A DNA stretch of 64,000 nt from Bacillota bacterium (GTDB taxonomy: Bacteria; Bacillota; DTU065). Position 1 is the stretch's first letter. Every line of letters begins with the position of its first letter. The notes under the pieces are model-generated. The model was given only the letters and a program-made list of their open reading frames with translations, ran no database searches and was not told the origin of the DNA. The position numbers were made by a program, and so were the translations under genes. Shown piece after piece: positions 41,493 to 52,735 of the stretch. Location of the stretch: contig DAIMKF010000004.1 in NCBI GenBank assembly GCA_036721855.1, forward strand, positions 17,834-81,833, read 5' to 3'.

Positions 41493-42350
41493 TTAATTGC
41501 GACTTAACTTATAAACTGCTAAAACAAAGAAAAGGATTCCCGAACCGACCAGTATTATAATGCTTGTGCCCGGTGATATTATCTTGCCACCAAATAGAAA
41601 GTTTACACCAAAAACAAGCTTAATTACCTCGCTAACCTCAATGGGTAGGTTAAGTAGTTTAAATGGTTTTTGCATCATTATCTGTCGATAAAGTGAGCCG
41701 GCATGACTAGGCGGAAAGACCCTGATTACCGTTTGCACAGCCTGGGGTAAATTACCTACAGGTACATATATACCGGTCAAAAAGCCTATTAATGTACCAA
41801 TGACTGTACTGGCTGCGGCAAAGGCGTTACCAGAGGTAAAAAAAGATACTAAAAACAACATCATTGTAGTTGAAGAAAATACACTCAACATCATAACACC
41901 AATCAGTCTTAGGGTAAGTGTCAGTCCAAGCCATTGTCCGCCATAACCTACGATATAGACCTCAGCGAGCAATAGAGCAACCAGACTCATAATCATGCCA
42001 ACAATCCACGAACTAATAAAATACCCTCCTAGGATTTGGCTGCGTTTAACCGGAGCAGCCTGAAAATCCCTGGAGATCATTCTTGCTTTGTCGTTAACCA
42101 TTATCCCAAAAGCACCTAATGTTGTCGTTGTAGCAGTTACAGCTAGAGTCCCGGCCATAATCCAGCTATCCATTAAAAAACGTGCGTGTGCTCCGGCAAT
42201 ATTCTTTACACTTTCAACTACTATCTCACCTAAAAATAAAGCATATAAACCTATGATAACAAACAAAGCCAGGAGCGAAAAAAAGACTGCGGCACGATCA
42301 CGAAAAAACAGGTATAGGTTTCGTTTGGCAAGCTCTAGGGTGATTCTCAT
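41493..42350 (-). CDS. ABC-2 type transporter permease
   Basis: RNLYLFFRDRAAVFFS, DFQAAPVKRSQILGGY, IGTLIGFLTGIYVP. Overlaps the ATPase stop codon. Confidence 0.88.
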   Translation of the reverse strand: MRITLELAKRNLYLFFRDRAAVFFSLLALFVIIGLYALFLGEIVVESVKNIAGAHARFLMDSWIMAGTLAVTATTTTLGAFGIMVNDKARMISRDFQAAPVKRSQILGGYFISSWIVGMIMSLVALLLAEVYIVGYGGQWLGLTLTLRLIGVMMLSVFSSTTMMLFLVSFFTSGNAFAAASTVIGTLIGFLTGIYVPVGNLPQAVQTVIRVFPPSHAGSLYRQIMMQKPFKLLNLPIEVSEVIKLVFGVNFLFGGKIISPGTSIIILVGSGILFFVLAVYKLSRN

Positions 42351-43273
42351 TTGGCCACATCCTCTCGCATGTCTTTCCCGGTTATATTGACAAAAACATC
42401 ATCCATGGTTCCGGTTATTACTTGAAAACCGATTAAATGATCACGAACAAGATCTAGGATTGGCAATGCTTGGATGGTATTTTGAATGTTAATAATAAGT
42501 TGTCCGCCAGCTTTTTGATATCTAAGGCTATAACCATCTAATAAACTCTCTAATTGCTGGGCATTGTTTGGTATTAATAAAAGTTTATCACCGCCGAATT
42601 TTTCCTTCAATAGAGCCGGAGTTCCTGTTGCCACAATTTTTCCGTTGTCAATTATAGCTATATTATCGGCATTTGCAGCTTCTTCCATATAATGGGTAGT
42701 TAAAAATACCGTCATTTGAGTCTGTTTTTGGAGTGTAAAGATGGTCTGCCAGACGTTTTTGCGGGTTTGCGGATCAAGTCCTGTTGTCGGTTCATCTAAA
42801 AATATTATCTGGGGTGTGTTAACTAAAGCTCTGGCAATATCTGTACGTCTCTTTTGACCGCCTGAGAGTTTCCCATAAGGTCTTTTTAGAAAGCTCTCTA
42901 CCCCTGTGGCTCTAGCTGCAAATGCAAGAGCTTTATTTCTTTTTTTACCATATAGTCCATAAAAGGAAGCTCTGAGAGATAGATTTTCTTCGACTGTCAA
43001 CAGATCATCTAAAACGCTATATTGAAACACAACACCTATATTTTTGCGGATCTCATTATCGTCTTTACCTAATTCATAGCCCGCTACTACTACCTTGCCA
43101 CTGTCTGGTTTTAATAAGGTACAAATAGTTTCAATGGTAGTAGACTTACCGGCACCATTGGGGCCTAAAAAGGCAAATAATTCGCCTTTTTTAACTGTAA
43201 AATCAATCCCGTTTACTGCTTTAACAGAACCATAACTTTTATGCAAATTACTGATCTCAATTATTTTTTCCAT
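42347..43273 (-). CDS. ABC transporter ATP-binding protein
   Basis: GPNGAGKST, LSGGQKRR, IFLDEPTTGLD, TTHYMEEA. Confidence 0.92.
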   Translation of the reverse strand: MEKIIEISNLHKSYGSVKAVNGIDFTVKKGELFAFLGPNGAGKSTTIETICTLLKPDSGKVVVAGYELGKDDNEIRKNIGVVFQYSVLDDLLTVEENLSLRASFYGLYGKKRNKALAFAARATGVESFLKRPYGKLSGGQKRRTDIARALVNTPQIIFLDEPTTGLDPQTRKNVWQTIFTLQKQTQMTVFLTTHYMEEAANADNIAIIDNGKIVATGTPALLKEKFGGDKLLLIPNNAQQLESLLDGYSLRYQKAGGQLIINIQNTIQALPILDLVRDHLIGFQVITGTMDDVFVNITGKDMREDVAK

Positions 43274-43314
43274 CTTAACCTCCATCTAAGTGCTAAAGGG
43301 AATTTCGCTATCTC

Positions 43315-43493
43315 TTATTTATTACTAAGGATTTTATTATCACAAGGGAAACTAGAGCATAGAGCACATTTTGACCGCAAATACGTGGTTGGCAAGCTGG
43401 ATCGGCACCTCCTTTTTTACACCCTAATCAGGAGATTTTGTACTCCGGATAGTGCTTGCAATAAAAGCCACAATAGGTAAGGGCCTCTGTAAT
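43315..43493 (-). pseudogene. DUF3795-like Cys-rich protein remnant
   Basis: TYCGFYCKHYPEYKIS*LGCKKGGADPACQPRICG, then after a frameshift CALCSSFPC. Confidence 0.55.
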
Positions 43494-43944
43494 CTCCCTC
43501 TCCTTAAACAATATTCTTTATTTCAAAACAAAGCCAAATTAGTACTTTGGGTTTTATTATTGCAAATTGATTTAAGATTGTTAGCATCGCATTTCTTGCT
43601 TTACCTGGGCCAAGATTATCCCTACTCGAATCACTTTTTCTGCTGCAGGTGTTTCTCTTTTAAGTTTCACCTGTTTGTCAAGCCGAGTATTATTTAACCC
43701 GTATTTTACAAGATTTTCATACCTAAGAATACTTTTTCGCTACAGTGTTATTATTCTTTTAAGGTTTTTCACCTCTATTTTCTCTTTATCTTAGATAGCA
43801 ATTAATGCAACCAAGAAGCTTGAAACTTTTGCTTGCCAAATTATCTCTATAAAAATAAAGGTTTCCCAAGTAAATTAGGTGAATAAATCTCTAACCCAAA
43901 TATTGATAATTTCCTTTTTATACACTATAAAGAGGTGTTTTTAA

Positions 43945-45063
43945 TTGAAAAAAAAGCGTGGTCTCGATACTGCTTGCCAAAAGAAACCGAGCCAAGGATT
44001 ATTTATGATTTTAGTCATAATCCTAGGGGTATTATTGGGCTTTTTTTCGAGTCACTTTTTCGAAATTAATTATGATCACTTGCTTATTTTCCTGCTTGTA
44101 GTCTATCTAACCTTTTTTGTGCAAATAATTATACATGAATTAGGCCACTTTGTGGTCGGGAAAATCCTTGGCTACCGGTTTATCTTTTTACGTCTTGGTC
44201 CGGTGGCCATTGAAATCAAAAACAACAAACTAAGGCTTGTAATAAAGAGAAATAAAGGCTATGGCGGGGCCTGTGGCATGCTTCCGCCCAACGAAGGTAT
44301 CCCTCTAAAACGGCAACTCTGGTTTTACGCAGGGGGAAGCATCTTTAATATTCTGACTCTAATCCCCCTTTTTGGCATCATCTTTAGTCACTCTTCTGGA
44401 CTTGTTTTCACTATTAGTATCACGGCAATATTATGTACAACAATCATAGTACTTTTGAATCTTTGGCCTGTCTCTAGTGGCAACCACCCTAATGATGGTA
44501 GAATAATTTTCGGGATTCTGGCCAATTCACCTTTAGCAGCCGATTTAGTTCAAGAAACCAATCTTTCAGCAGCTCTGGCAAGCGGGAAGCGTCCCTCTGA
44601 ACTTATGATTGAACCTCTTGATGAAAAGAGATTAACTATCATTGATTCCGCCATAACCCTAACTCTACTTAATATCCATTATTTTAAAGCTCTAGATACA
44701 GATAATTTTCAATCTCTAGCCCGATATATATACGTTTTTGAAAATAACTTAGCGAACAGTCTCAGCTTCGTTGCTGTACCCATGAACTATGAGTTAATCT
44801 ACTATTACTCGGCCATTGATCATAATAAAGAGCAGGCAGAAAAATATTACACCAGGATTGATACTCATCTTGTTGCCGATAGGGATATTAACGGCCGTCG
44901 AGTTTTAGCAGCTTATGAATTCTATATCAATGACAACCCTAAAAAAGCCAGGCAATATTGCCTCGAAGGTCTGGCTTCTTTTAATAATTTTCCCCTAAAA
45001 GGTCAAGCTATAATGGAAAAAGCGTTGCTAACTAAATTAATATCCGAGATAGATAATAGTTAA
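43945..45063 (+). CDS. M50-family (site-2 protease-like) metallopeptidase
   Basis: IHELGH, AGGSIFN, NLWP....NDG. N-terminal TM helices. Confidence 0.8.
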   Translation: MKKKRGLDTACQKKPSQGLFMILVIILGVLLGFFSSHFFEINYDHLLIFLLVVYLTFFVQIIIHELGHFVVGKILGYRFIFLRLGPVAIEIKNNKLRLVIKRNKGYGGACGMLPPNEGIPLKRQLWFYAGGSIFNILTLIPLFGIIFSHSSGLVFTISITAILCTTIIVLLNLWPVSSGNHPNDGRIIFGILANSPLAADLVQETNLSAALASGKRPSELMIEPLDEKRLTIIDSAITLTLLNIHYFKALDTDNFQSLARYIYVFENNLANSLSFVAVPMNYELIYYYSAIDHNKEQAEKYYTRIDTHLVADRDINGRRVLAAYEFYINDNPKKARQYCLEGLASFNNFPLKGQAIMEKALLTKLISEIDNS

Positions 45064-45211
45064 CTCTCCTTAACCGGTAAAAAAATCAAAAATCATACCT
45101 TACAGTCCTCGAAAACGCCTGAGTGGTTAATGAACCGTTCAGGCGTTTTGCGATAATAAAGAGTTGTTTCTATTTTAAATATTCTCTTTACTTGATAGCT
45201 GTCTTAGATAT

Positions 45212-47350
45212 TTAACTTACTTCAGCAATCTTGCTCGTTTTGCGCTGAGCCATGACCAATCTGTAATATATCCCCTTTTTCTGCAAAAGCTCCATATGGG
45301 TTCCTACTTCTGCTATTTTACCTTGATCCAGAACAATAAGGCGATCAGCGCTTCTGAGGGTCGATAACCGGTGAGCAATAGCTATGGTGGTACGGCCTTG
45401 GACAATTCGGTTTAGGCTATCTTGGATAATGGATTCGGTCTCAACATCCAGCGAGCTGGTCGCCTCGTCTAGTATCAGTATGGAAGGGTTTTTAATAATA
45501 GCTCTGGCTATAGCCAGCCTCTGCCTTTCACCACCGGATATGGAGTAGCCATTCTCTCCGATTATTGTATTATACCCATCGGCAGTTTGCATAATGAAAT
45601 CATGGGCGTTAGCAGCTTTTGCCGCTGCAATCACCTCAACAGCTGTAGCCCCAGGTTTTCCATAAGCAATATTTTCATAAAACGATCCGGCAAAAAGGAA
45701 TGTATCCTGAAAGACCACACCTATCTTTTCATGGAGATATTCAGGAGACATATCTTTGAGATCTACTCCATTGATGCTGATTTTGCCCTGAGTTGGATCA
45801 TAAAGACGCATGATTAGGTTGATTATTGTTGATTTTCCCGCTCCTGAGCGCCCAACTATACCAATCATCTCACCTGATTGGATATCCAAATCTATACCCT
45901 TAAGCACAGGTTCATAGGACTTATAGCCAAAGGAAACACCTTCGAAAGACACCTTTCCCAATAAAGGCACGTTTTTAGGATTCGATATAGAAATGATATC
46001 AGGTTCTTCATCCAGTATTTCAAATATCTTGACCATGCTGGTCATGGCATCTGCCAGCCAGCGGGGGAAAGAGACCAGCCAGCGAAGTGGTGCGTAAACA
46101 TAGGTAATGTACATGGTAAACTGGACAAGAACGCCAAGACTTAAAGTGTTATTCAAGATTTTTTGCCCGCCATAATACAGTACCAGAAATTCGCCAATTC
46201 CCGTAAAGAATAACATTAACGGAAAAAGACGAGCCCAAATAGCTTCATTGTCCGATGATACTTGAGCCAGCTCACGGGTGGCTTTTGAGAACTTTTGAAT
46301 TTCCAACTCTTCTTTTCCAAAGGACTTGACGGTACGGATTCCTTTGATTATATCATGGAGAATGGACTGACATTTGGAGTTTTTTCTCCATTGCCGTTCA
46401 TAACGGATATGAATGAATCTCCAAAAACGCGACAAAACAATGCATACCACAGGCACGGGAATAAATACTAGGAGAGTAAGCTCTAAGTTGGTAAAAAGCA
46501 GGATAACCAAGACGACCACAAATATTATCATCTGCTCGACAGCCCAACGGCCGCCATCGGAAATAAAGTTCCGCACATTGCCGGTATCCTCCATCACACG
46601 CCGGATCAAATCCCCTGGTGTACGTTTGGATAGCGAACTCATAGACAGCTTTTGAATCTTCTCGTAAGCCAGATTTCTCAAATGGTTAGCATACTGGATA
46701 CTGGCCTCATTGAATACCCTTGAGCTGAAGATAAAAATCAACTCTCCAAGGGCTCTTGCCAGAAACATCGCCCCTGCTAGCAGGAAAACCTGGGCAGAGG
46801 TTCCTTTCATTGGGCGCAGATATTCATCTATAAGCAGCCGGCTAAAAAGCGGTACAAGAAGGTATATTATTGACGATGTAGCTAAAAACAACTCTGCAGG
46901 CAAAATCTTACCAGCAAAGGGCCTGAGTAAATCCAAAGCCCGTTTTAAAACACTTATCTTGTTATAGCAAAACAAACAGACCGACATTCCCTCAATAAGG
47001 GGACGGCCACATTTTTCGCACACGGGTTGTTCTTTTTCTTCAGGGGTGACATATTGCTTTGTTTGGATATAAAAATTGATCACTTTGCAGAATTCGCCTG
47101 CTGCCTTCATAGCCGAGAATGTAAAGCGACAGAGAAGTATTTCACTCTCATTATTCATTTTTGCAAAAAGAAGACCGCAACCCACCCCTCCTATTACCGA
47201 CATCTCGGTAATATCGCCTGCAGACAATGTCAAAAGTATTTTATCGCCGATAAAGGAGATGATCTGTCCGGTTTGGTCAAAGCTAACTATGCCTTTTGCT
47301 GGCTGCATAGCCAGGTCAAGATCATAGTGGAATTCATGTTTGTGCGACAT
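45212..47350 (-). CDS. ABC exporter (TMD-NBD) with N-terminal extension and zinc ribbon
   Basis: CEKCGRPLIEGMSVCLFC before the TMD. GRSGAGKST, ISGGERQR, ILDEATSSLD, IAHR. Confidence 0.92.
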   Translation of the reverse strand: MSHKHEFHYDLDLAMQPAKGIVSFDQTGQIISFIGDKILLTLSAGDITEMSVIGGVGCGLLFAKMNNESEILLCRFTFSAMKAAGEFCKVINFYIQTKQYVTPEEKEQPVCEKCGRPLIEGMSVCLFCYNKISVLKRALDLLRPFAGKILPAELFLATSSIIYLLVPLFSRLLIDEYLRPMKGTSAQVFLLAGAMFLARALGELIFIFSSRVFNEASIQYANHLRNLAYEKIQKLSMSSLSKRTPGDLIRRVMEDTGNVRNFISDGGRWAVEQMIIFVVVLVILLFTNLELTLLVFIPVPVVCIVLSRFWRFIHIRYERQWRKNSKCQSILHDIIKGIRTVKSFGKEELEIQKFSKATRELAQVSSDNEAIWARLFPLMLFFTGIGEFLVLYYGGQKILNNTLSLGVLVQFTMYITYVYAPLRWLVSFPRWLADAMTSMVKIFEILDEEPDIISISNPKNVPLLGKVSFEGVSFGYKSYEPVLKGIDLDIQSGEMIGIVGRSGAGKSTIINLIMRLYDPTQGKISINGVDLKDMSPEYLHEKIGVVFQDTFLFAGSFYENIAYGKPGATAVEVIAAAKAANAHDFIMQTADGYNTIIGENGYSISGGERQRLAIARAIIKNPSILILDEATSSLDVETESIIQDSLNRIVQGRTTIAIAHRLSTLRSADRLIVLDQGKIAEVGTHMELLQKKGIYYRLVMAQRKTSKIAEVS

Positions 47351-47377
47351 GGAGTCACTTCCTTCTGAATAGTCTGC

Positions 47378-47923
47378 CTAAAAAAGGTATGGTTCGAGCC
47401 TCTTGAAACTCTTTTTATCAAGCCTGCTCAAGGATTGAATGATATAACGGTTTCCGTCCACATCAGTTATTATAAGCCTATCATCGTCCAGCATCCTGAT
47501 GTTTTTATTAACGTCTTTCAAAGCACAGTTTTTCTTATATTTGGAATCATCACGGCCAATTATAAGCTCCATGTATACATAACCTAGTTTGTCTTTCACC
47601 GATTTTACTTCATATACAGTGGGACTGTAATAGCGTTTTTCAAGTTCAGTTAATACGATACTATACTGCTTCTCATTGAGATCGGAAAGAGAACGGATCA
47701 TCCCGATTTCTTTGTTATCCTTATCTGCCACCGAAATATACTCCGTAGGATTCCCAATAGGGAAGGCTCGCCTTAATGTTATCCGGTTATAATCTTGATC
47801 TGCGTATTTTAAACCTGTAAATCCACCCGATGTCATATAGAATTCAGCATTTTCAAGATCAATCATGCCAATATCTATTGCATAAGCCCATGAAAGCGCT
47901 TCTTTCTGTATGGCTTTTTCCAT
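47378..47923 (-). CDS. DUF1854-family protein
   Basis: LRRAFPIGNPTEYISV...EIGMIRSL...ELEKRYYSP...ITDVDGNRYII..LSRLDKKSFKRLE. Confidence 0.8.
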   Translation of the reverse strand: MEKAIQKEALSWAYAIDIGMIDLENAEFYMTSGGFTGLKYADQDYNRITLRRAFPIGNPTEYISVADKDNKEIGMIRSLSDLNEKQYSIVLTELEKRYYSPTVYEVKSVKDKLGYVYMELIIGRDDSKYKKNCALKDVNKNIRMLDDDRLIITDVDGNRYIIQSLSRLDKKSFKRLEPYLF

Positions 47924-47970
47924 GGAAATTCCTCCTAAATTATCCTGCATAGTATAGATACTCTAATATA

Positions 47971-50232
47971 TCAGGCATCCATGTTTATAACCTTAAGCCC
48001 CTCTAGCTGTATGGTATAAAGCTTGTGATATTCGCCTTTTTTTTGCATCAGTTCTTTATGGGTACCGCTTTCTACCACCTTGCCATTGCTGATAACAGCC
48101 AGACTGTCTGCATCGCGCAGTGTAGAAAGCCTATGAGCGATGGCTATGGTTGTTCGGTCTCTTTGTAGATCAGAAAGAGCTTTTTGGATGCTTGCTTCGG
48201 TCTCAGTATCCATAGCTGCAGTGGCTTCATCCAATATTAAAATATCAGGATTCTGCAAAATCGTACGTGCTATAGACAAACGCTGTTTCTCTCCGCCTGA
48301 CAGATCCTGTCCTCCCGCTCCTACTTTAGTCTCGTAGGCATCCGGAAGAGCCATTATGAATTCATGGGCTGAAGCTGCCTTGGCTGCTTTTATGACATCC
48401 TCAATACTTGCCTTTGGCCTTGCATAGCGAATATTATCGGCGATTGTGCCGATAAAAAGGTAAATATCCTGTGATACAATTCCTATGCTTTGCCGCAGCT
48501 GAGTCAAAGATAGCTGCTTTACATTGACACCATCAATAGTGATAGAACCTTCATCAACGTCATAAAGCCGTGCAATTAAGTTTGCCATCGTGGATTTACC
48601 TGCGCCGGTCTTACCGACGATGCCTAGCATCTGCCCAGCTTTTACAGACAAATCTAGTCCTTTCAAGACAGGTGTTGCAGGATCATATTCAAACTTCACA
48701 CCCTTTAGTTCAATGTTACCCCGGATTCGATCAAGTATGACAGGCTCCTCAGGTTCAGTAATATCAGGTTTGGCATCAATAATTTCAAAGACCCTCTGAG
48801 CTGAATCTACACAGCGTGCCCACCAGTTTGAAACCCAGGACATGAACTCAAGGGGCCCATATAGCATAGAGAGATAGGCGATAAAGGTAAGCAGAGTACC
48901 CAGGGTGATTTCGCCTTCGAGAACCATCTTTCCGCCTATGCCGGTTATGATTACCTGACCTAAAAACATAAACAGATAGATAAGCGGAAAAGCCGTAGCA
49001 CTGGTGTTCATGGCCTGTATATCCACAACAGCTTGCTTGGCACCCACCTCGGCAAAACGCTTTGCTTCAGCATCTTCTCTGGCAAAAGCCTTGATAACGC
49101 GCTGACCGTTCACAGAGTCACTGAGCATGGAATTGAGCTGGGAATTGTATACCCAATTCTTATGGTGGAAGTGGCGGAAAACACTCCATAGAATCCTGAA
49201 AAAGATGATTGCTATCGGTAGTACCAGAAGACATATTAAAGCAAGTTTGATATTAAGCGCACACATCAGGATTATTACACCTGTAAAGGTAAAAACATTG
49301 ACAATTACATATGGCAGGCCGTCAACAAAAAACCAATAGATATTGTTGGCATCCTGATTGATCCGGTTCATTAAGCTTCCAGTGCGTTTAGATGTATAAA
49401 ACCCTACAGATAACCGCTGCATAGCTTCAAAGATTTTAAGCTTCAAATCCTGCACAATCCAGGGAACAGTTTTAGCCAGAACATAAGAATAGAAGATATT
49501 CAGGGCCACACCGATGGCTCTGACGATAAAGATCAGACATACAGCCTGCAAAATAGCGCCGTAGTAGCTACCACCCTCTATAAGTACTTCATCGAAAAAA
49601 AACTTGGTGCCAATTAGGGGTGATATCATAGAGAACACTGATCCTGCAAGCATAGCAAGGAATATAACAGCCACCTTGCTCCGATAATGGACAAAAAAGC
49701 CCATCAGCCGCCGGGTAATCGAGACTTTATCCATACATTTCGGGCATAGCTTACGTTCAGGTTCCGGGTATCTTGTGCCACATTTGGGGCAAAAGAGTTC
49801 CTCATCAATGAGAATATCACCAAGAGGCTTTTTACCTTCACGAATATTTTGGATTACTTTTATGAGCCGCTCAATATCGGACAAAAATCCGATTGAGAAA
49901 ACTAGCAATATACTTGTTTTGTCTTCTTTTCCGCTGCAAAGACGCGCTGTGGACAACAGACGTTCACATGTCAGTTCACCTAGCTCTGGCAGAGGATAAA
50001 TCTCAAGTTCCTTAGCTTCGTACACAGCAACTATCCTGCGGGCACCGGTAGTTTTGACCACCTTTTCCTCTCCGAAGAGAATGTACATGTTTTCACTACT
50101 GACAGCCATATAAACATCGGAATACCAATCTTTATCAGCTGAATCAGTATGAGTTGCGTAAATTAATTCGGAGGTATCAATACCTTCTGCAGCAAAAGCG
50201 GAGAGCATATACTCCGGCATGTGTGTTTCCAT
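47971..50232 (-). CDS. ABC exporter (TMD-NBD) with N-terminal extension and zinc ribbon
   Basis: CPKCGTRYPEPERKLCPKC before the TMD. GKTGAGKST, LSGGEKQR, ILDEATAAMD, IAHR. Confidence 0.92.
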   Translation of the reverse strand: METHMPEYMLSAFAAEGIDTSELIYATHTDSADKDWYSDVYMAVSSENMYILFGEEKVVKTTGARRIVAVYEAKELEIYPLPELGELTCERLLSTARLCSGKEDKTSILLVFSIGFLSDIERLIKVIQNIREGKKPLGDILIDEELFCPKCGTRYPEPERKLCPKCMDKVSITRRLMGFFVHYRSKVAVIFLAMLAGSVFSMISPLIGTKFFFDEVLIEGGSYYGAILQAVCLIFIVRAIGVALNIFYSYVLAKTVPWIVQDLKLKIFEAMQRLSVGFYTSKRTGSLMNRINQDANNIYWFFVDGLPYVIVNVFTFTGVIILMCALNIKLALICLLVLPIAIIFFRILWSVFRHFHHKNWVYNSQLNSMLSDSVNGQRVIKAFAREDAEAKRFAEVGAKQAVVDIQAMNTSATAFPLIYLFMFLGQVIITGIGGKMVLEGEITLGTLLTFIAYLSMLYGPLEFMSWVSNWWARCVDSAQRVFEIIDAKPDITEPEEPVILDRIRGNIELKGVKFEYDPATPVLKGLDLSVKAGQMLGIVGKTGAGKSTMANLIARLYDVDEGSITIDGVNVKQLSLTQLRQSIGIVSQDIYLFIGTIADNIRYARPKASIEDVIKAAKAASAHEFIMALPDAYETKVGAGGQDLSGGEKQRLSIARTILQNPDILILDEATAAMDTETEASIQKALSDLQRDRTTIAIAHRLSTLRDADSLAVISNGKVVESGTHKELMQKKGEYHKLYTIQLEGLKVINMDA

Positions 50233-50908
50233 TTATATTTCCTCCCCAAATCGAATACCAAAACAGTACTACGGAAACATCCTCACAAAATAATAGGTAT
50301 CGGATGTCGCTAAAATCTACACCAAGAAAGAACCTACAAGAGTTTTATATTAAAACATTTTTGTAGCTTCAGCAAAAATGACATTATCTATCGCTCATGT
50401 TCGCTTTTTATCAGCTACTACCTCCTACGCCCAGATAATTATTTATGATAAAACAATTCACATGTTTTCTCAACATATATAAATAATTTCCTTCCGTATC
50501 TATTTAAGCATTTAGCAGCAGAAATAAAAAGGTAAGACTTATTTCATACCCAATTTTTCTAAACTTTCGCTTTAACACACTTACCTGTTGCTTAAATTTT
50601 TTCTCCTCTTGTTTTATCCGGAGTACCTTACCACTGTATGAGTAAACTTAAGAGTTAATCCCTGTTTTTAGGTCTGTATATTTTTGTTACCTAAAAAACA
50701 ACGGTTATGAATCTCTGTTACTTCTCATTTATGGTTGCTCCAAATCATTTTGAGTTCGCCATGCTTAACACACTACACTTATCCTTGGCTAACACTACTA
50801 TTTTTATATTTTTTAGACCATAATTGTTGCTGACTAAATTACTGTCAAAACAGAAAAAAGGTTACCCCTCACTAATTAATGTAATTATTATTAGACTATA
50901 GCTAATAT

Positions 50909-50942
50909 AAAAAAGTCTGGTATTAAACCTACCAGACTTTTT
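50909..50942. terminator. Terminator ending the met operon/DUF4153 transcript
   Basis: AAAAAAGTCTGGTA...TACCAGACTTTTT. Confidence 0.75.
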
Positions 50943-50989
50943 AATTCTAAATACTGTGGTTTCAAGTTTTTAATAGCTTAGAATAGTCT

Positions 50990-52735
50990 TTATTTAAGCT
51001 TGACCAAAAGGTAAAATTCCTCAGCGGTAAAATTGATCTCTTTTTGAGAATCTGTGTAGCCGTTTAATTTGGTAAAGAGTATTTTTACCTTCACCCTGTC
51101 ATTTTCATCAATAATCTCCATCTCTTTATTTTCAAGAGTTTGAGAAGTTAAAGAGCTTTTGTGATTTTCATAAATATGATTTAGGTATTCCCAGAAGCTT
51201 TTTTGGTAAACTAGCTCACCCTGATATTCTATTTTTAGTTCCTTCTTTTCAGGATCATATTCAGCTTTAATCTGGTCATCTGCTAGGATCTTTGGCTTAT
51301 TAAAAGTGTAAAAATCAAAGAGATAATCATAGTCTTTAATCCCCAAGGGACCAGTCGGGTTTTGGGCAACATATAAAAAGTATTGTTTACCATCTATTCC
51401 GCCATATCTTTGATATTCAAAGCCAAAAAACTCCGGCATCTGAGCCACCCCAAAATCCTCAGGCAAATACTTAAGATCCTTTAGGGTATGATTGGACTGG
51501 AAGTATTTTATTATTTCGTTGATCTCCTTTTTATCCGCGTCGGAAATTTCTGTTTTGGGTGTTTTAAGCTTTTGATCGCTAAGCATATCGTATCTGGTTA
51601 CGATGTTGTAAAACCTATTGGTTTGGCTCTTAATAGAGATTGCATACGAACTAAGGGGACCACAAACTGAGACAAGGGCAAGTATAGCTAAAGATAAAGG
51701 TAAACTGATATTATTTCTCCTGCGAGAAAAGTTCCAATAAAGCATCGTCCCTAAGACCCAAAGACCGAGAATGAGTACATAGTATCTGTTTTCAGTAATC
51801 CCATAAGCTTCTATTCTTTTGCCCAAAGAGAAAAACATCATAACTAAAAGTGGTAACATCACTTTTGTAAACCAGAAAATAAAGGTTTTAACCCATTTGT
51901 TGTCAGATTCTAAAGGTGTTATTAAAAAGATGGTAATGGTGCTTATCACCGCATACCACAGCACAAGATGGCCCACAAGACCTACCGGCCATTGCAAGGT
52001 GATGATGATTTTGGCAAAATAGATATAAAGAATTAAGGTATAGATAGCCAAAAGAGGCATGATGATATAAAGCAGCAACACTTTTAAGACTTCGGGAAAG
52101 TCTTTTCGGTCTAGATCAGAAGACGGAACTCCTCCTAAAAAATGTACCGGTGCAAACACGCCTAATATTGTAATCCAGATATAGAGGTAGAGATTGGGAT
52201 AGATCGCTACACCTAAAAGTCCGTTTAAGGTAAGCAAAATAGCATAAAGGCCCATTTGGAGTACTCCGGCAAAAACTAAGGTGATGATAAATCGGGTAAT
52301 TAAACGAGTAATGTATATTTCAAAATTGACTCTTTGAAAACAATATGGCGCGGCTAAAGCAAGAAGGTAAAATGCCAGTGTAACCCCAAGATATCTCGTT
52401 ATTGAAACCATCTCAAAGTCTGGCAACCAAAAGAGATAATAAAGCACCAGAAATGCTCCACCGAGGATATAGCTGCTAACTTTAGCCACCAGAGATCGTT
52501 TTTCTAAGCGTTCAAAAACAAATTTAAACAGTAGAGAAATTGGGATACCCAGTGCTGTAGCCATACCTAGGCGTATATATACTTCACTAAGATTACCCGT
52601 TTTTATTTTGGCAGCCTCTATGGCCATAATTACCATAACTGTAGTTAACGTAGATAAAGATATGGTAACCGGAAAGCATTTTACACTATTATATAGTGAC
52701 TGTAGCATACTTTTTAAAGATTTTAACAACCTCAT
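50990..52735 (-). CDS. DUF4153-like multi-pass membrane protein
   Basis: LKVLLLYIIMPLLAIYTLILYIY, RIEAYGITENRY, GPLSSYAISIKSQ. Confidence 0.75.
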   Translation of the reverse strand: MRLLKSLKSMLQSLYNSVKCFPVTISLSTLTTVMVIMAIEAAKIKTGNLSEVYIRLGMATALGIPISLLFKFVFERLEKRSLVAKVSSYILGGAFLVLYYLFWLPDFEMVSITRYLGVTLAFYLLALAAPYCFQRVNFEIYITRLITRFIITLVFAGVLQMGLYAILLTLNGLLGVAIYPNLYLYIWITILGVFAPVHFLGGVPSSDLDRKDFPEVLKVLLLYIIMPLLAIYTLILYIYFAKIIITLQWPVGLVGHLVLWYAVISTITIFLITPLESDNKWVKTFIFWFTKVMLPLLVMMFFSLGKRIEAYGITENRYYVLILGLWVLGTMLYWNFSRRRNNISLPLSLAILALVSVCGPLSSYAISIKSQTNRFYNIVTRYDMLSDQKLKTPKTEISDADKKEINEIIKYFQSNHTLKDLKYLPEDFGVAQMPEFFGFEYQRYGGIDGKQYFLYVAQNPTGPLGIKDYDYLFDFYTFNKPKILADDQIKAEYDPEKKELKIEYQGELVYQKSFWEYLNHIYENHKSSLTSQTLENKEMEIIDENDRVKVKILFTKLNGYTDSQKEINFTAEEFYLLVKLK

